A stretch of 64,000 bases of DNA from Alphaproteobacteria bacterium (GTDB lineage: Bacteria; Pseudomonadota; Alphaproteobacteria; RF32; CAG-239), in assembly GCA_017444525.1 (NCBI GenBank), contig JAFSWL010000022.1, forward strand, positions 6,646-70,645. The letters run 5' to 3'. The stretch's first letter is position 1, and each line of letters opens with the position of its first letter. Made by a program: the position numbers and the translations under genes. The notes below the pieces were generated by a model, which was not told where the DNA came from, searched no databases, and was given only the letters and a program-made list of their open reading frames with translations. Positions 9,865-20,124 of this stretch are shown here, piece after piece.

Positions 9865-12387
9865 CTACGAGCGGACTTTGTTTATAAGCTGCGCCTGTAT
9901 TTTTTGTTGCAATAATTTGCTCTTAGCGTATATCTGACGGTATTCCTCAATGTGCGGCACATTTTTGCTGTCGGCTTTTTCAAGCAAAGCCTCGCGATTA
10001 TCTTTAACACCTAAATAATCATAAAATCGATGCAAATTCTGTGAAGAATCCGGCGTGTAGTCACGCCAAGCCTCAACAAACTGGCTAAATATTTTATTGT
10101 GAGGATATGGTAAATTCAGGGCTTCTTTTTCTATGGCGGATAAAAATTCTTCTTTATTATCCGGATGCTTGGCTTTGATTTCTTTCAGCATTTTAGCCGT
10201 ATTAAGCGATTCATTCATATCTTCTTTGCTATACCCCATCTCTGCAACTTTATCTTTGGTATATTTGTAAAGCTCCGGCCAGTTTAATAAGCCGTCTTCG
10301 TTTAATAAGTGCGTACATTTACCTTGTTTAACTTCTTCAATAATCTTTTTTGTTGCCGGATACTCAAAATAAGCTAAACCGAGACGTTCATTCATTAAAG
10401 CACCGGACATAGAGGCCGATTCATTAAGCAAACGTTTTTCAACTTTGGCTATCAAATCTTTATCACCGGTTTCCACCGCTTTAAGCATCATATAAGTCGT
10501 TGCGGCCGAATTTGCCTGCATTTCCCCAACGCACCGTCCGTAATGCGTATCTTTTTTTAAGTGCGGATTTTTGGCCGCCTGAATTTCCTTAGCCTCATCT
10601 CGTGATTTGCCCTGATACAAAAGCTCATAATGCTCTTTGAGATATTCGTCTTCCTTTTGGGCATCATCATATTTAGCTTGCATACCATGCATGAGTTCGT
10701 GAATTTCGGTATAAACGCTGTAGAAAGCATCTCTCGATAAGCCAAACGGATACATAATCAATTTTTTATCGCCGTTCTGCAAAATTGATAAAGGCGGTGT
10801 TTTTTGCCGACCAAATTTCGGATGCACAAAGTAATCATACCAAAATTTCCGCTTATCTTCTGAAAATCCAAGCCAATCCAATTCCGGATTGATTTCTTCC
10901 GGTGTACGGGTTAAAGCATCTTCGCACATCGGACCATGAATATGCACTTGCAGATGGTGAGTGTTATCATCAACGGACTTTTTACAATTTGCAATTTCCG
11001 GAGCTAAAAATTCTCGCACTACATCGGCGTAAGCCGGATGAAATTCGCCAGTTTCAAGCATTTGTTTTATGTCTTTGTCGACCTCCGGCTCGTTATACTT
11101 AAAATTAACTATATCTGTAAAATTAACCATTCTGGAATCCTTATTATGCTGTTTGATATATTCATTGTGCCGGCGAAGTGCTTCTTTATCTTTATACAAA
11201 TAACCGTTTTCTTCATTATAGAGCCATCCGATTTTAGCGGCAACCTCACGCATATCGTCGGCAGAAAGACCGGTTTCTTGTTTGTATTTCATCATAATTT
11301 TAATTGATGTTAATACCGCTTCTCGATCCGGTTTAGTTTCTTCATCTTTTTCACCACAAATTGCTGTTTTGAGACTTGGAAACGCAAACGATTTATTGCC
11401 GCCGCTCGCAAAATAATTTTCCAACAAATACTGCGGCGTATAAACATTGTATTTTATGTCTTGCGGTGCAAATTCAGCGGCAATCTTGCATAATTTTTCC
11501 GAGATTTCCGCTACCTCCATATCGGGATTTGTATCTATCCCCAAATATAAGGCTTTACCGTATTCTTGAGCGGCATTAAATGAATCAAATTGATAACGCG
11601 GTTCATCACTCAAAATACCCTTAGCAATCATATCATCGGCAATTTTTTTGTTGTTATCGTCCAGACTTTCATAGCGTATCAACACATACGCTCTGTCCGG
11701 CGCATTTTTATTGGCAGAACTCCAATAAGTTAAGATATTTTTATCGTACAAATCTTCACATACGGCTAAACACGGTTCTTCAACAATCTTGGCTAAATCG
11801 GCTTTGCTTTCAACCTGCGTATTTCCTGCCAAAAAGATTTGTTCTACATCACGCAAACGTTTTATCGGTTGTTTTACTTCAGCTTCAGCTAACAAAGCAT
11901 CTATATCAATATCGCCAAAATCCATCGGCTTGGCAGTTTGCAAACGCAAATTTTCACGTTTGCCGCCTTCATACAAATCCGCAACATTTTTCTCTGTAGG
12001 CTCAAAATATTTTATTCCCGGCTGTCCTTTATTTTTGCCGACAAATCCGCAATGCTCGTAAAACTTACCGGCTCCCCAAGTAGCATGAACTTCAACGCGA
12101 CCATCGCAACCTTTTTCAATGCTCATTTCATAAGCGCGCTGCAAACCGGCACGACCATAACCTTTACCTTGATTTTCAATTGTACCGAAACCGTCAATTT
12201 CCAAGACAGGCTTTAATTGTTCCGAATAACCGATAAACCATGAATCCGGATAAATCTGGTTTTCTCCGCGATAAGACGTTTTTTGTTTATGCACGCTGAC
12301 ATTCATCTGGCCGACAGTTTTATCGCCGTCCACCATATCAAAAGCATACATCTCGCCAAAATCAATATTTAATCCGTCATCTGCCAT
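9865..12387 (-). CDS. 840-aa chimeric protein: N-terminal GNAT-like acetyltransferase module plus HExxH zinc-metallopeptidase-like motif
   Basis: aa 45-120 has the GNAT-like motif A QGKGYG followed by KFYEHCGF. HELMH lies at aa 563-567 (nt 10687-10701). The rest is unassigned. Last gene of a 7-gene operon. Confidence 0.5.
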   Translation of the reverse strand: MADDGLNIDFGEMYAFDMVDGDKTVGQMNVSVHKQKTSYRGENQIYPDSWFIGYSEQLKPVLEIDGFGTIENQGKGYGRAGLQRAYEMSIEKGCDGRVEVHATWGAGKFYEHCGFVGKNKGQPGIKYFEPTEKNVADLYEGGKRENLRLQTAKPMDFGDIDIDALLAEAEVKQPIKRLRDVEQIFLAGNTQVESKADLAKIVEEPCLAVCEDLYDKNILTYWSSANKNAPDRAYVLIRYESLDDNNKKIADDMIAKGILSDEPRYQFDSFNAAQEYGKALYLGIDTNPDMEVAEISEKLCKIAAEFAPQDIKYNVYTPQYLLENYFASGGNKSFAFPSLKTAICGEKDEETKPDREAVLTSIKIMMKYKQETGLSADDMREVAAKIGWLYNEENGYLYKDKEALRRHNEYIKQHNKDSRMVNFTDIVNFKYNEPEVDKDIKQMLETGEFHPAYADVVREFLAPEIANCKKSVDDNTHHLQVHIHGPMCEDALTRTPEEINPELDWLGFSEDKRKFWYDYFVHPKFGRQKTPPLSILQNGDKKLIMYPFGLSRDAFYSVYTEIHELMHGMQAKYDDAQKEDEYLKEHYELLYQGKSRDEAKEIQAAKNPHLKKDTHYGRCVGEMQANSAATTYMMLKAVETGDKDLIAKVEKRLLNESASMSGALMNERLGLAYFEYPATKKIIEEVKQGKCTHLLNEDGLLNWPELYKYTKDKVAEMGYSKEDMNESLNTAKMLKEIKAKHPDNKEEFLSAIEKEALNLPYPHNKIFSQFVEAWRDYTPDSSQNLHRFYDYLGVKDNREALLEKADSKNVPHIEEYRQIYAKSKLLQQKIQAQLINKVRS

Positions 12388-12389
12388 AT

Positions 12390-13949
12390 TTATTCCCTAT
12401 ATTTTTTCGACAACAATTTATAAACACCGGTCTTTGGGGCTTCAATGCTAGGATTTTTAAACTTATTCCAAGCACTTTTCAAAATATGATGATTGATAAG
12501 CGCATTTTTCTTTTCTGCCTTTAATTTTTTGCCGAACGATAAGGCTTTCGTTACAAAAGGATGTAATGTGCTTTTATCGGTGATTTTTTGTAAAAAAGTA
12601 ACAATATCCGACATTTCGGATTTATTATCATACCAAGCTTGTCCGATTTTTGCCATTAAGCGTGCTTGCAATTTACCAACTTGCGATAAATTCTTTTCGT
12701 CAGTAGTATAAAATGCTTCGTTATGTTCCCTCATCTGATCATCATCTGTCAAAATACTATCATATACCATAATCATTTCATTTGGCCGTGTTGTAATAAA
12801 TGCCGCTTTATTACCTTTTTTATCGGAAAAATCTTGATAATCTTGTACAAACACCGGATATTCCGCAGAATAATTTTGGTCATATGTGGGTTTAATTTGT
12901 CCGTCTTTAACCGAATAACGATGAATGGTAGTAAATCCGAAATCGTCCGTCAAATCACGTTGACTGTTGTCGGTAATACAAATAACTTGTTTTAACGCTT
13001 TACTTTGCAGTTCTTTCGGGTATCCCAACTCTGTCATTTTTTCTTTAAAAACTATACTGAAACCAACCAAATCATCTACACCGAGACAATGAGACTGTAT
13101 AATTATGTTACCGAAGTTTTCGATGAGTTCTTTATCCGGAAGTTTTACTAAATTGCCATCAACATTGCGTGCCATAAACGGCGTAAATTTTTGCAAAATT
13201 TCGCGTCGATAATCATCTTCAACTTGGGTACTCCATTCTGTTACTTTGAGCCAAGCATGCTCTATTTGTCTGCTATAAGGTCGATAACAGGCAAGCATTT
13301 GCATATTGTCCTTCTGTTCCGGCGTCAGCCCCAAGGAATCAGCAAATTTATTTATATTTCCATTTGCTATGCGTGCTGTTTTTGTTTGATTACCGCCTAA
13401 ACAAAGCAGTGTTTTTTTCTTGGGATCAAGTATAACTTTTTCTTCCCAATGTATATCATTATTTTTAGATTTGAGGCCTAAACGATAATAGGAAAAATAA
13501 TCAGGATTTATGGTCATTTTGCCGTCTTTTACTTCATAATTGGTGTTGCCGTCAATATCTTTACATATTTCATAGTCAGGCTCTTCACGTCTTTCCAAAT
13601 TGCCGTTCTCGTAATAAGAAGTGTATATACCGTTTTCCATATCGCTTATCGATTTAATATTACCGTTATCGTAAAATTCGGTAACAATATCGTCAGGTGT
13701 TGTCTCTTGTTCCAATTTTTGTGTTTCCGGATTATATTTTCTTAAATAGCCATCGCCGGTCAATTCTTCAATTTTTACATTACTGTCATTTAAAAGAATA
13801 TAAGATCCATCTTTCTGTATGGTCTTGGTATTTGTGATTTTATCATCGCGTTTTGAAATTTTACGCGTACTGCCATCAGATAATTCTTGTGTTATGACAC
13901 AAAAATTACCGTCAAATGCTTGCTTTTTTTCACTTATAACTTCAACCAT
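12390..13949 (-). CDS. 519-aa orphan protein with N-terminal MORN-variant/YwqK-like repeats
   Basis: EFYDNGNIKSISDMENGIYTSYYENGNLERRE resembles MORN-variant repeats. The C-terminal ~330 aa are unassigned. There is a 2-nt gap to the next gene. Confidence 0.4.
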   Translation of the reverse strand: MVEVISEKKQAFDGNFCVITQELSDGSTRKISKRDDKITNTKTIQKDGSYILLNDSNVKIEELTGDGYLRKYNPETQKLEQETTPDDIVTEFYDNGNIKSISDMENGIYTSYYENGNLERREEPDYEICKDIDGNTNYEVKDGKMTINPDYFSYYRLGLKSKNNDIHWEEKVILDPKKKTLLCLGGNQTKTARIANGNINKFADSLGLTPEQKDNMQMLACYRPYSRQIEHAWLKVTEWSTQVEDDYRREILQKFTPFMARNVDGNLVKLPDKELIENFGNIIIQSHCLGVDDLVGFSIVFKEKMTELGYPKELQSKALKQVICITDNSQRDLTDDFGFTTIHRYSVKDGQIKPTYDQNYSAEYPVFVQDYQDFSDKKGNKAAFITTRPNEMIMVYDSILTDDDQMREHNEAFYTTDEKNLSQVGKLQARLMAKIGQAWYDNKSEMSDIVTFLQKITDKSTLHPFVTKALSFGKKLKAEKKNALINHHILKSAWNKFKNPSIEAPKTGVYKLLSKKYRE

Positions 13950-13963
13950 CTTCTTGTCCTTCT

Positions 13964-14905
13964 TTATAACTGCTTGCTTATTTTTTCTCTGAAATCTGAT
14001 TTTATCATTACTTTAGAATTTGCGCGAATATAATTATTTACGGCTTCTTTGATAACATAATGCTGACCAGCGCTGATTCGATACAGTGTTGTATATTTAT
14101 CACCTTCAACAAGTCGTATTTTTCTATGATGAGAATCCGTAACCGCCTTGCCGCATGAATTTAAGAAACCATAAATTGCATCTGCAAGTTCCGGATTCAA
14201 TTTTTCGATTTTTTTCATCAATCTTACTTCATCTTCCGGCTGATTTTCAGGTAAATGAGACATCCATTCAGCCCCTTTTACCAGACCCTCGGCAAAAACC
14301 AAATCGTTTACGGCTAACTTCTGCGGATTTTGATATGGCGCGGTTATTTTTTTCACATCTTCTAATGTTTGTTTATCTATCGGATTCATAAAATAAAGCG
14401 TTATCGGGTCAGAGCGTGTTAACCACATATTATTATCATCAAAACGAGGTGTTTTATAATAGCCATTGACGGGAGCCGAACGAACAACTTTACCATCAAT
14501 TATACCTGCAGAAAAATATTTATCTAATGCAGTGATTAACCTTCCGTCGGCAACGCAGTTTAATGATATTCTTTCTCTTGGAAAAACTTTATAATCAAGA
14601 ATTTTATGCTTTATAGCGGCTGATTTGCGATAATTCCAATTAGCCTGTTCTTTTACACCACCATCTATACTATAATTTTCTACTTCCATACCATAAGCAG
14701 AAATTTCCGCTTTTTTTGCCCAATCATTATCCACTATTCGGCTTGGAGTATAGTTGGCTTGACGCAACTCATCATAACGCCGATTTAAGGCATTATAATA
14801 ATCAAGACGTTTCTGTGCATCAAATTTGCGTTTTTCTGGCATATCATCAGCCATTATTGTTTTCCTTTCTGCCTCTTTTTTCTTTTTTACACTATTTTTT
14901 GTCAA
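13964..14905 (-). CDS. hypothetical protein (313 aa)
   Basis: Long ORF in operon context with 13-14 nt gaps on both sides. An alternative start at 14854 (MADDMPEK) is possible. No family recognised. Confidence 0.6.
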   Translation of the reverse strand: MTKNSVKKKKEAERKTIMADDMPEKRKFDAQKRLDYYNALNRRYDELRQANYTPSRIVDNDWAKKAEISAYGMEVENYSIDGGVKEQANWNYRKSAAIKHKILDYKVFPRERISLNCVADGRLITALDKYFSAGIIDGKVVRSAPVNGYYKTPRFDDNNMWLTRSDPITLYFMNPIDKQTLEDVKKITAPYQNPQKLAVNDLVFAEGLVKGAEWMSHLPENQPEDEVRLMKKIEKLNPELADAIYGFLNSCGKAVTDSHHRKIRLVEGDKYTTLYRISAGQHYVIKEAVNNYIRANSKVMIKSDFREKISKQL

Positions 14906-14918
14906 AAATCAATTAAAA

Positions 14919-15416
14919 TTAACTTTCTTCGCGCAAATATTGAGGTGGAATGCAGCCGTCTTTAAGCACAATCAGATAGTGCCGCACCACTGCATAGAGC
15001 AAATCTTTGGCGGCATCTACTTTTTCCCAAGTTAAAGGCGACAAGTCAATATCTTCCGGCTTAACCTCAAAGAATTTTTCATTATAACCGCCGGCCTCCG
15101 AGCCGTTTTTGCACCAAATTGATTTAACCAAACCGGCTTTCAACAAATCTTCCAATTCAAATGAAAACAATGCTGAGCGATCAACAATCGCTTTTAACAC
15201 GGCATCGTTTCCCTGCCATTTTATCGGTTCGGTTAAGCATGAAATCGCCCGACTTCTGCCGGCAAAAGTTCTATCAAGCCAAGCCATTATCTCATCACGA
15301 TTTTCCGAACCGGCACGATGGGCATAAGCACGCAAATCCCGCGAGCCTTTGGATATTGAAAGCAGTCCTTTTTCTTTCACGGTATTAACTTTTGGTGCAT
15401 AATGATATAGGCGCAT
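14919..15416 (-). CDS. hypothetical protein (165 aa)
   Basis: ORF in operon context. The N-terminal RLYHYAPKVNTVKEKGLLS is faintly reminiscent of ART-fold starts, which is unproven. Confidence 0.55.
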   Translation of the reverse strand: MRLYHYAPKVNTVKEKGLLSISKGSRDLRAYAHRAGSENRDEIMAWLDRTFAGRSRAISCLTEPIKWQGNDAVLKAIVDRSALFSFELEDLLKAGLVKSIWCKNGSEAGGYNEKFFEVKPEDIDLSPLTWEKVDAAKDLLYAVVRHYLIVLKDGCIPPQYLREES

Positions 15417-15431
15417 TTTTATTTTCCTTTT

Positions 15432-17201
15432 TTATTGTTGAATTTCCCACAAATGTTGGAATTGTCCGCCGGATTTCAATAAATCTTCAATTTTGCCTTG
15501 CTCGATGATTTTTCCCTTATCCAAAACAATAATTCTATCCATCTCTTTAAGCGTTGACAAGCGGTGTGCAATCGCAATAACCGTCTTGCCTTTCATCAGC
15601 TTTTTCATGGCTTTTTGAATGTAATTTTCCGACTCACTGTCAAGAGCCGAAGTTGCCTCGTCCAAAATCAATATCGGCGAATTTTTTAAGATAGCGCGAG
15701 CTATTGCAACGCGTTGTCTCTGTCCGCCGGAAAGTTTCACTCCTTTTTCACCGACTTTTGTTTGATAGCCTTTCGGCAATTCTTTGATGAAATCATCGGC
15801 ATAGGCTTGTTTTGCTGCCTGTTCAATTTCACTTTGCTTGGCTTTCAAATGTCCGTAGGCGATATTTTGACTGACTGTGCGATGAAACAGCGAAGTATCT
15901 TGCGGAATAAGCGCAATCGCCTCATGCAAGCTATTTTGTTTTACTCTAGTAACGTTTTGCCCATCTATTAAAATCTCGCCGGATTGAATATCATAAGCCC
16001 GTTGTAACAGATTTATAAGCGTTGATTTACCGCTACCGGATGCGCCTACAATCCCGATTTTCTCGCCGGCTTTAATCTTAAATGACAATTTATTAAACAC
16101 TTTTTTATTGTCATAACCGAATTTTACATTCTTAAATTCTATCTCTCCGCCGCTGATTTTGAGTACTTTGGCGTGTGGCGCGTCGACAATCTCATGCTTA
16201 ACCACAAACGGCATCATTGCCGCCTGCAATGCACCCAAGAGCGTATTAAGCGTGCTGATATTACCCAATATGGCGGTGAAACAATCCATAATCATCCCCA
16301 TCAACATCAGCACCAAAGTTACATCACCGATACTCACTTTTTCGTGATACCACAGATAAATCAACAAAAATAAGGCGCACACTTCAAACAAACACACCAT
16401 TGCCCGCTGAAAGCAAATGCTGTTTTGAAACTGCTCTATGGCCTCAAAACGCGCCATTTTGCACCGATTGAAGATTTTTTTCACAAACGAAATTTCATAT
16501 TCTTCGCTGCCGCTGGCCTTCACATTCAGGGCGTTACCGATACTGTCGGCCACCACACCGTGAAAATCGTCAAACATATCGTCGGTTTTTTTATTCAGTT
16601 CACGTAATTTAAAGCTTGATTTATACGAAACGTACGCCGAGATTGAGCCGAAAATCACTACAAGCAATAAAAACCATAAACTGACGCAACCGATGTAAAA
16701 AAAGTTAATCAGAACGTTGAAAATATTACTGTAAAGACGCGAAATATAACCACGAGCCGCGGCTGCTTTTTCGGCGCAGTTTACTGCTTTTTGCGAGAGC
16801 TGACCGGTTTTTTGCGACGAAAAATAATTTTCCGAATGTTTGGAAAGGTAATCCACCGCAAACAGCATGATTTTGGCACTCATAAAATTCTCGACATTGT
16901 TTAATTCTATCAATTCGCGAACCATTCTAAACAATGATTGCCCGATATACGCGGCAAAAATAGCCGCCAGAAACCACCACATTTTTTCCCACGCAAATTC
17001 CTCCGGCGTTATTTTGGTAAAATAATCAATCATCCGCGAAAAATACACCGGCACATAAATTTTCATCAACTGCAAACCAAAGGCCAATGCCATACCGATA
17101 AAGGCCCATTTGCGTGCGCCGTATATTGCTTCCCACATAAACAACAGCGGATTTGACGGTACCTTACGCATATTCGGTATATTTTCAAATAACTTCATCA
17201 T
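15432..17201 (-). CDS. ABC exporter, fused permease/ATPase half-transporter
   Basis: 589 aa: six-TM exporter domain plus an NBD with Walker A GASGSGKST, signature LSGGQRQR, Walker B ILILDEATSALD and H-loop IAHRLST. Confidence 0.9.
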   Translation of the reverse strand: MMKLFENIPNMRKVPSNPLLFMWEAIYGARKWAFIGMALAFGLQLMKIYVPVYFSRMIDYFTKITPEEFAWEKMWWFLAAIFAAYIGQSLFRMVRELIELNNVENFMSAKIMLFAVDYLSKHSENYFSSQKTGQLSQKAVNCAEKAAAARGYISRLYSNIFNVLINFFYIGCVSLWFLLLVVIFGSISAYVSYKSSFKLRELNKKTDDMFDDFHGVVADSIGNALNVKASGSEEYEISFVKKIFNRCKMARFEAIEQFQNSICFQRAMVCLFEVCALFLLIYLWYHEKVSIGDVTLVLMLMGMIMDCFTAILGNISTLNTLLGALQAAMMPFVVKHEIVDAPHAKVLKISGGEIEFKNVKFGYDNKKVFNKLSFKIKAGEKIGIVGASGSGKSTLINLLQRAYDIQSGEILIDGQNVTRVKQNSLHEAIALIPQDTSLFHRTVSQNIAYGHLKAKQSEIEQAAKQAYADDFIKELPKGYQTKVGEKGVKLSGGQRQRVAIARAILKNSPILILDEATSALDSESENYIQKAMKKLMKGKTVIAIAHRLSTLKEMDRIIVLDKGKIIEQGKIEDLLKSGGQFQHLWEIQQ

Positions 17202-18966
17202 CCGCCTCCTTTTTTGCTAACTGTTGCATTTTCCATAGTTTGGCAAATTTTCCGTTTTTCTTTTTAGCCAACTCATCAAAAGTGCCGACTTCCGCCACGG
17301 TTCCCTGCTCCAAATAGATAATTCTATCCATTTTTCGCAAAGTTGAAAGACGGTGGGCAATGGCAATAACCGTTTGCTTGCCGAGTAAGTTATTTATAGC
17401 TTCGGCGACAATGCTTTCGGACTCGCTGTCCAGCGATGACGTTGCCTCGTCTAAAATTAGTATTGGGCTGTTTCTGAGCACGGCTCTGGCAATAGCAATT
17501 CGTTGACGTTCGCCGCCGGAGAGCTTGCAACCTCTGTCACCGACCATTGAATCATAGCCATCAGGCAAAGCACGGATAAATTCATCGGCACAAGCGATTT
17601 TTGCCGCTTGCCTGATTTTCTTATCGGTTGCTTTGACACCGTAACCGATATTATCTTTTAAGCTGCGATGGAACAACACAGTTTCTTGCGGAATAATCGC
17701 CAGATTTTGGTGCAGACTTGATTGCGTAACGGTTTTAATATCCTGCCCGTCAATAAAAATCTGCCCTTCTTCTATATCATAAGCACGTTGTAATAAGTTA
17801 ATAAGTGTCGTTTTACCATTGCCGGATAAGCCGACAATACCGACTTTCTCGCCACTTTTTATTTCCAGATTAAAGCCGTCGAATATTCTTTTTTGCTCCG
17901 GATAGGCAAACCCGACATTCTTAAATTCTATCTTTCCCTTTTTTACTTTCAGCTCTTTTGCATTCGCTACATCTTCAATTTCGTGTTTATCAATAAACGG
18001 CTCTAAACCGGCTTGAATGTAGGCAAGATTATTCATAAGACGTCGATAATGGATACATAATTCCATCAGCCACATAAAGCCGCTATTCAAGGTTAATAAC
18101 ACAAACACGATATCGCCGACATTGATACGCGATTTGCTCCATAAATATACGGCAAAGGTCAACATTATAAGCGAACATAAATGCACAAAACAGCCGGAGC
18201 CGGTATATGAACCAAACCATACCAATGTGGTTTGTGTTTTGAGCTTTATATATTGACGCAATAGCGTTGATAAGCGTTTTTTCTCGTATTCTGCCCGATT
18301 AAACTGCTTAACCAAACGGATATTGGAAATGGCATCAACCAACCAACCGGAATATAAAGATTCCGCCTTACCCTGCATTTCGTGTAGGCGATCGCTGGTT
18401 TTGTTGGCATAATAATTGACTATTGCCACCACCGCGGAACATAACACAAACAACACACCGAGCCAAATGTTTATCAGTGATAATAATACTATTTTCAAGA
18501 CTATATCACAAATCTGCCACCAAAAACTCGTGATAATTATTGAAAATGTCGGTTGCAGGGAATTAATCTGATTGGTTTTGGCCAGTAAGGTACCGGTCTG
18601 TTTGTTGACGATATAATTTACCGAATGACCGAAAATATATGACAATGCACGCCCGTAAATACTCTCCTGCACCGGAAAATACAGATGTTTTTGCCGATAC
18701 ACCAAAACATATTTGGGTAAAAATATATTGATGATGTCGCTTATCACCAGCGCTCCGATTATCCATACCGCACGACGCAAAGTTTCCGGTGAAGCCCCCG
18801 ATTTAATACTGTCCACCAAACGAGCTATCAACCAAGTAACCAAATTATGAATGCCGGTTTCAGCAAAAACTAACAATAAACACATCAAAAATGCCCACTT
18901 ATATGGCATTATACACTCTTGTAGTAAATATCTGAAAGCTGTTTTCGGAAATGGTTTAATTGTCAC
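17185..18966 (-). CDS. ABC exporter, fused permease/ATPase half-transporter (partner)
   Basis: 593 aa with Walker A GLSGNGKTT, LSGGERQR, ILILDEATSSLD and IAHRLST. Overlaps the downstream half-transporter by 17 nt, which suggests a heterodimer. Confidence 0.9.
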   Translation of the reverse strand: MTIKPFPKTAFRYLLQECIMPYKWAFLMCLLLVFAETGIHNLVTWLIARLVDSIKSGASPETLRRAVWIIGALVISDIINIFLPKYVLVYRQKHLYFPVQESIYGRALSYIFGHSVNYIVNKQTGTLLAKTNQINSLQPTFSIIITSFWWQICDIVLKIVLLSLINIWLGVLFVLCSAVVAIVNYYANKTSDRLHEMQGKAESLYSGWLVDAISNIRLVKQFNRAEYEKKRLSTLLRQYIKLKTQTTLVWFGSYTGSGCFVHLCSLIMLTFAVYLWSKSRINVGDIVFVLLTLNSGFMWLMELCIHYRRLMNNLAYIQAGLEPFIDKHEIEDVANAKELKVKKGKIEFKNVGFAYPEQKRIFDGFNLEIKSGEKVGIVGLSGNGKTTLINLLQRAYDIEEGQIFIDGQDIKTVTQSSLHQNLAIIPQETVLFHRSLKDNIGYGVKATDKKIRQAAKIACADEFIRALPDGYDSMVGDRGCKLSGGERQRIAIARAVLRNSPILILDEATSSLDSESESIVAEAINNLLGKQTVIAIAHRLSTLRKMDRIIYLEQGTVAEVGTFDELAKKKNGKFAKLWKMQQLAKKEADDEVI

Positions 18967-18980
18967 TGGTTTTTAGTCCT

Positions 18981-20090
18981 TTATTTACTTCTTCTTTGTT
19001 CTAAATAATTTTTGATAAACGGATTAAATTTCTCTTTTGCGATTTCGGTATTCTTTTCGGATTCCGGATTTAGAATATGCGCTTTCATGGCTGCAAATTT
19101 TTGTTTTCTTACATCTGATTCCTGTCTACGCTCTGCTAATTCTTTCGAGGTGAACGGAATTTTTAGTTGTTGAGATTTATTAGTCCGATTAATATTTTCT
19201 TGTGATGTTTGAAGTGAGGCAATTTTAGGATTAAATCCGCGCTCCGAAGCATTGATAAATGTCGCGTGACCGGCAGTAATTTCTTCTTTTAATAATTTTA
19301 TCATTATATCATCAGATGATATAAATGTATCAAATTTACTCCTTTTATTTCTTACTTCTGCCGCCCATCTATCATAATTTTCTTCTGTATCAAACATTAC
19401 AAGCTGAACATTATGCTCCATTGCATCTTTAGGCGTGGTTTCATAATGGTGTGATACAACCATTTCTTTATCAGAAGTATATTCGGTTATATTGCCGTTA
19501 TCATCATATTCTGCTTTAAAATTATCACCTCTGCCGATATAAATATGACCGGTTTTCTTACCGCTTTCAAAATCCGCATATTTATCTTCAAATCCAATCA
19601 ATAAAGGAGTTTCAGCATCAACCACATTTATAGAGGCACAACATTTTTTCAAAGAATAAGCATAACTCCCGTCTTCCGGTACCGGTCGCCCTTTATCATC
19701 AAATATCGGATTACCGTTATCATCCTGTTTGGTGGCAATGGCAAAAACACGCTCCGGATATTTTGGCGCAAACTGCATTAAAGTTTCTAATTTATCGTCA
19801 TCAAAACTTCTTTTTACGCTTCTTTCGGCATTAAATTCATTTTGCGTACCTTTGCTGAATGCCGGTACTAAATCGGTATTTTCCGGATATCTTGCAAATA
19901 TTTCGCCTGCCGATGACATAAATTCTGCTTGTGAAACGTGGGTAGCATGTGCAACAAATTGCGGCGGGGCAAAGTTATATTTTACACGAAGTTCAGCTTG
20001 TTTTTTATTTTCTTCATCTCGTGCCTGAATTATTTGTTGTCTGTATTCTTCAATTTCGGCTTTATTCAAAACCTCCGATACATTGGGCAT
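18981..20090 (-). CDS. hypothetical protein (369 aa), first gene of the operon
   Basis: Long ORF with a GAAGAGGA RBS and a consensus-like promoter upstream. No family recognised. Confidence 0.6.
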   Translation of the reverse strand: MPNVSEVLNKAEIEEYRQQIIQARDEENKKQAELRVKYNFAPPQFVAHATHVSQAEFMSSAGEIFARYPENTDLVPAFSKGTQNEFNAERSVKRSFDDDKLETLMQFAPKYPERVFAIATKQDDNGNPIFDDKGRPVPEDGSYAYSLKKCCASINVVDAETPLLIGFEDKYADFESGKKTGHIYIGRGDNFKAEYDDNGNITEYTSDKEMVVSHHYETTPKDAMEHNVQLVMFDTEENYDRWAAEVRNKRSKFDTFISSDDIMIKLLKEEITAGHATFINASERGFNPKIASLQTSQENINRTNKSQQLKIPFTSKELAERRQESDVRKQKFAAMKAHILNPESEKNTEIAKEKFNPFIKNYLEQRRSK

Positions 20091-20124
20091 TGAGTTTTCC
20101 TCTTCAATATCTTATCTTTCGTTT

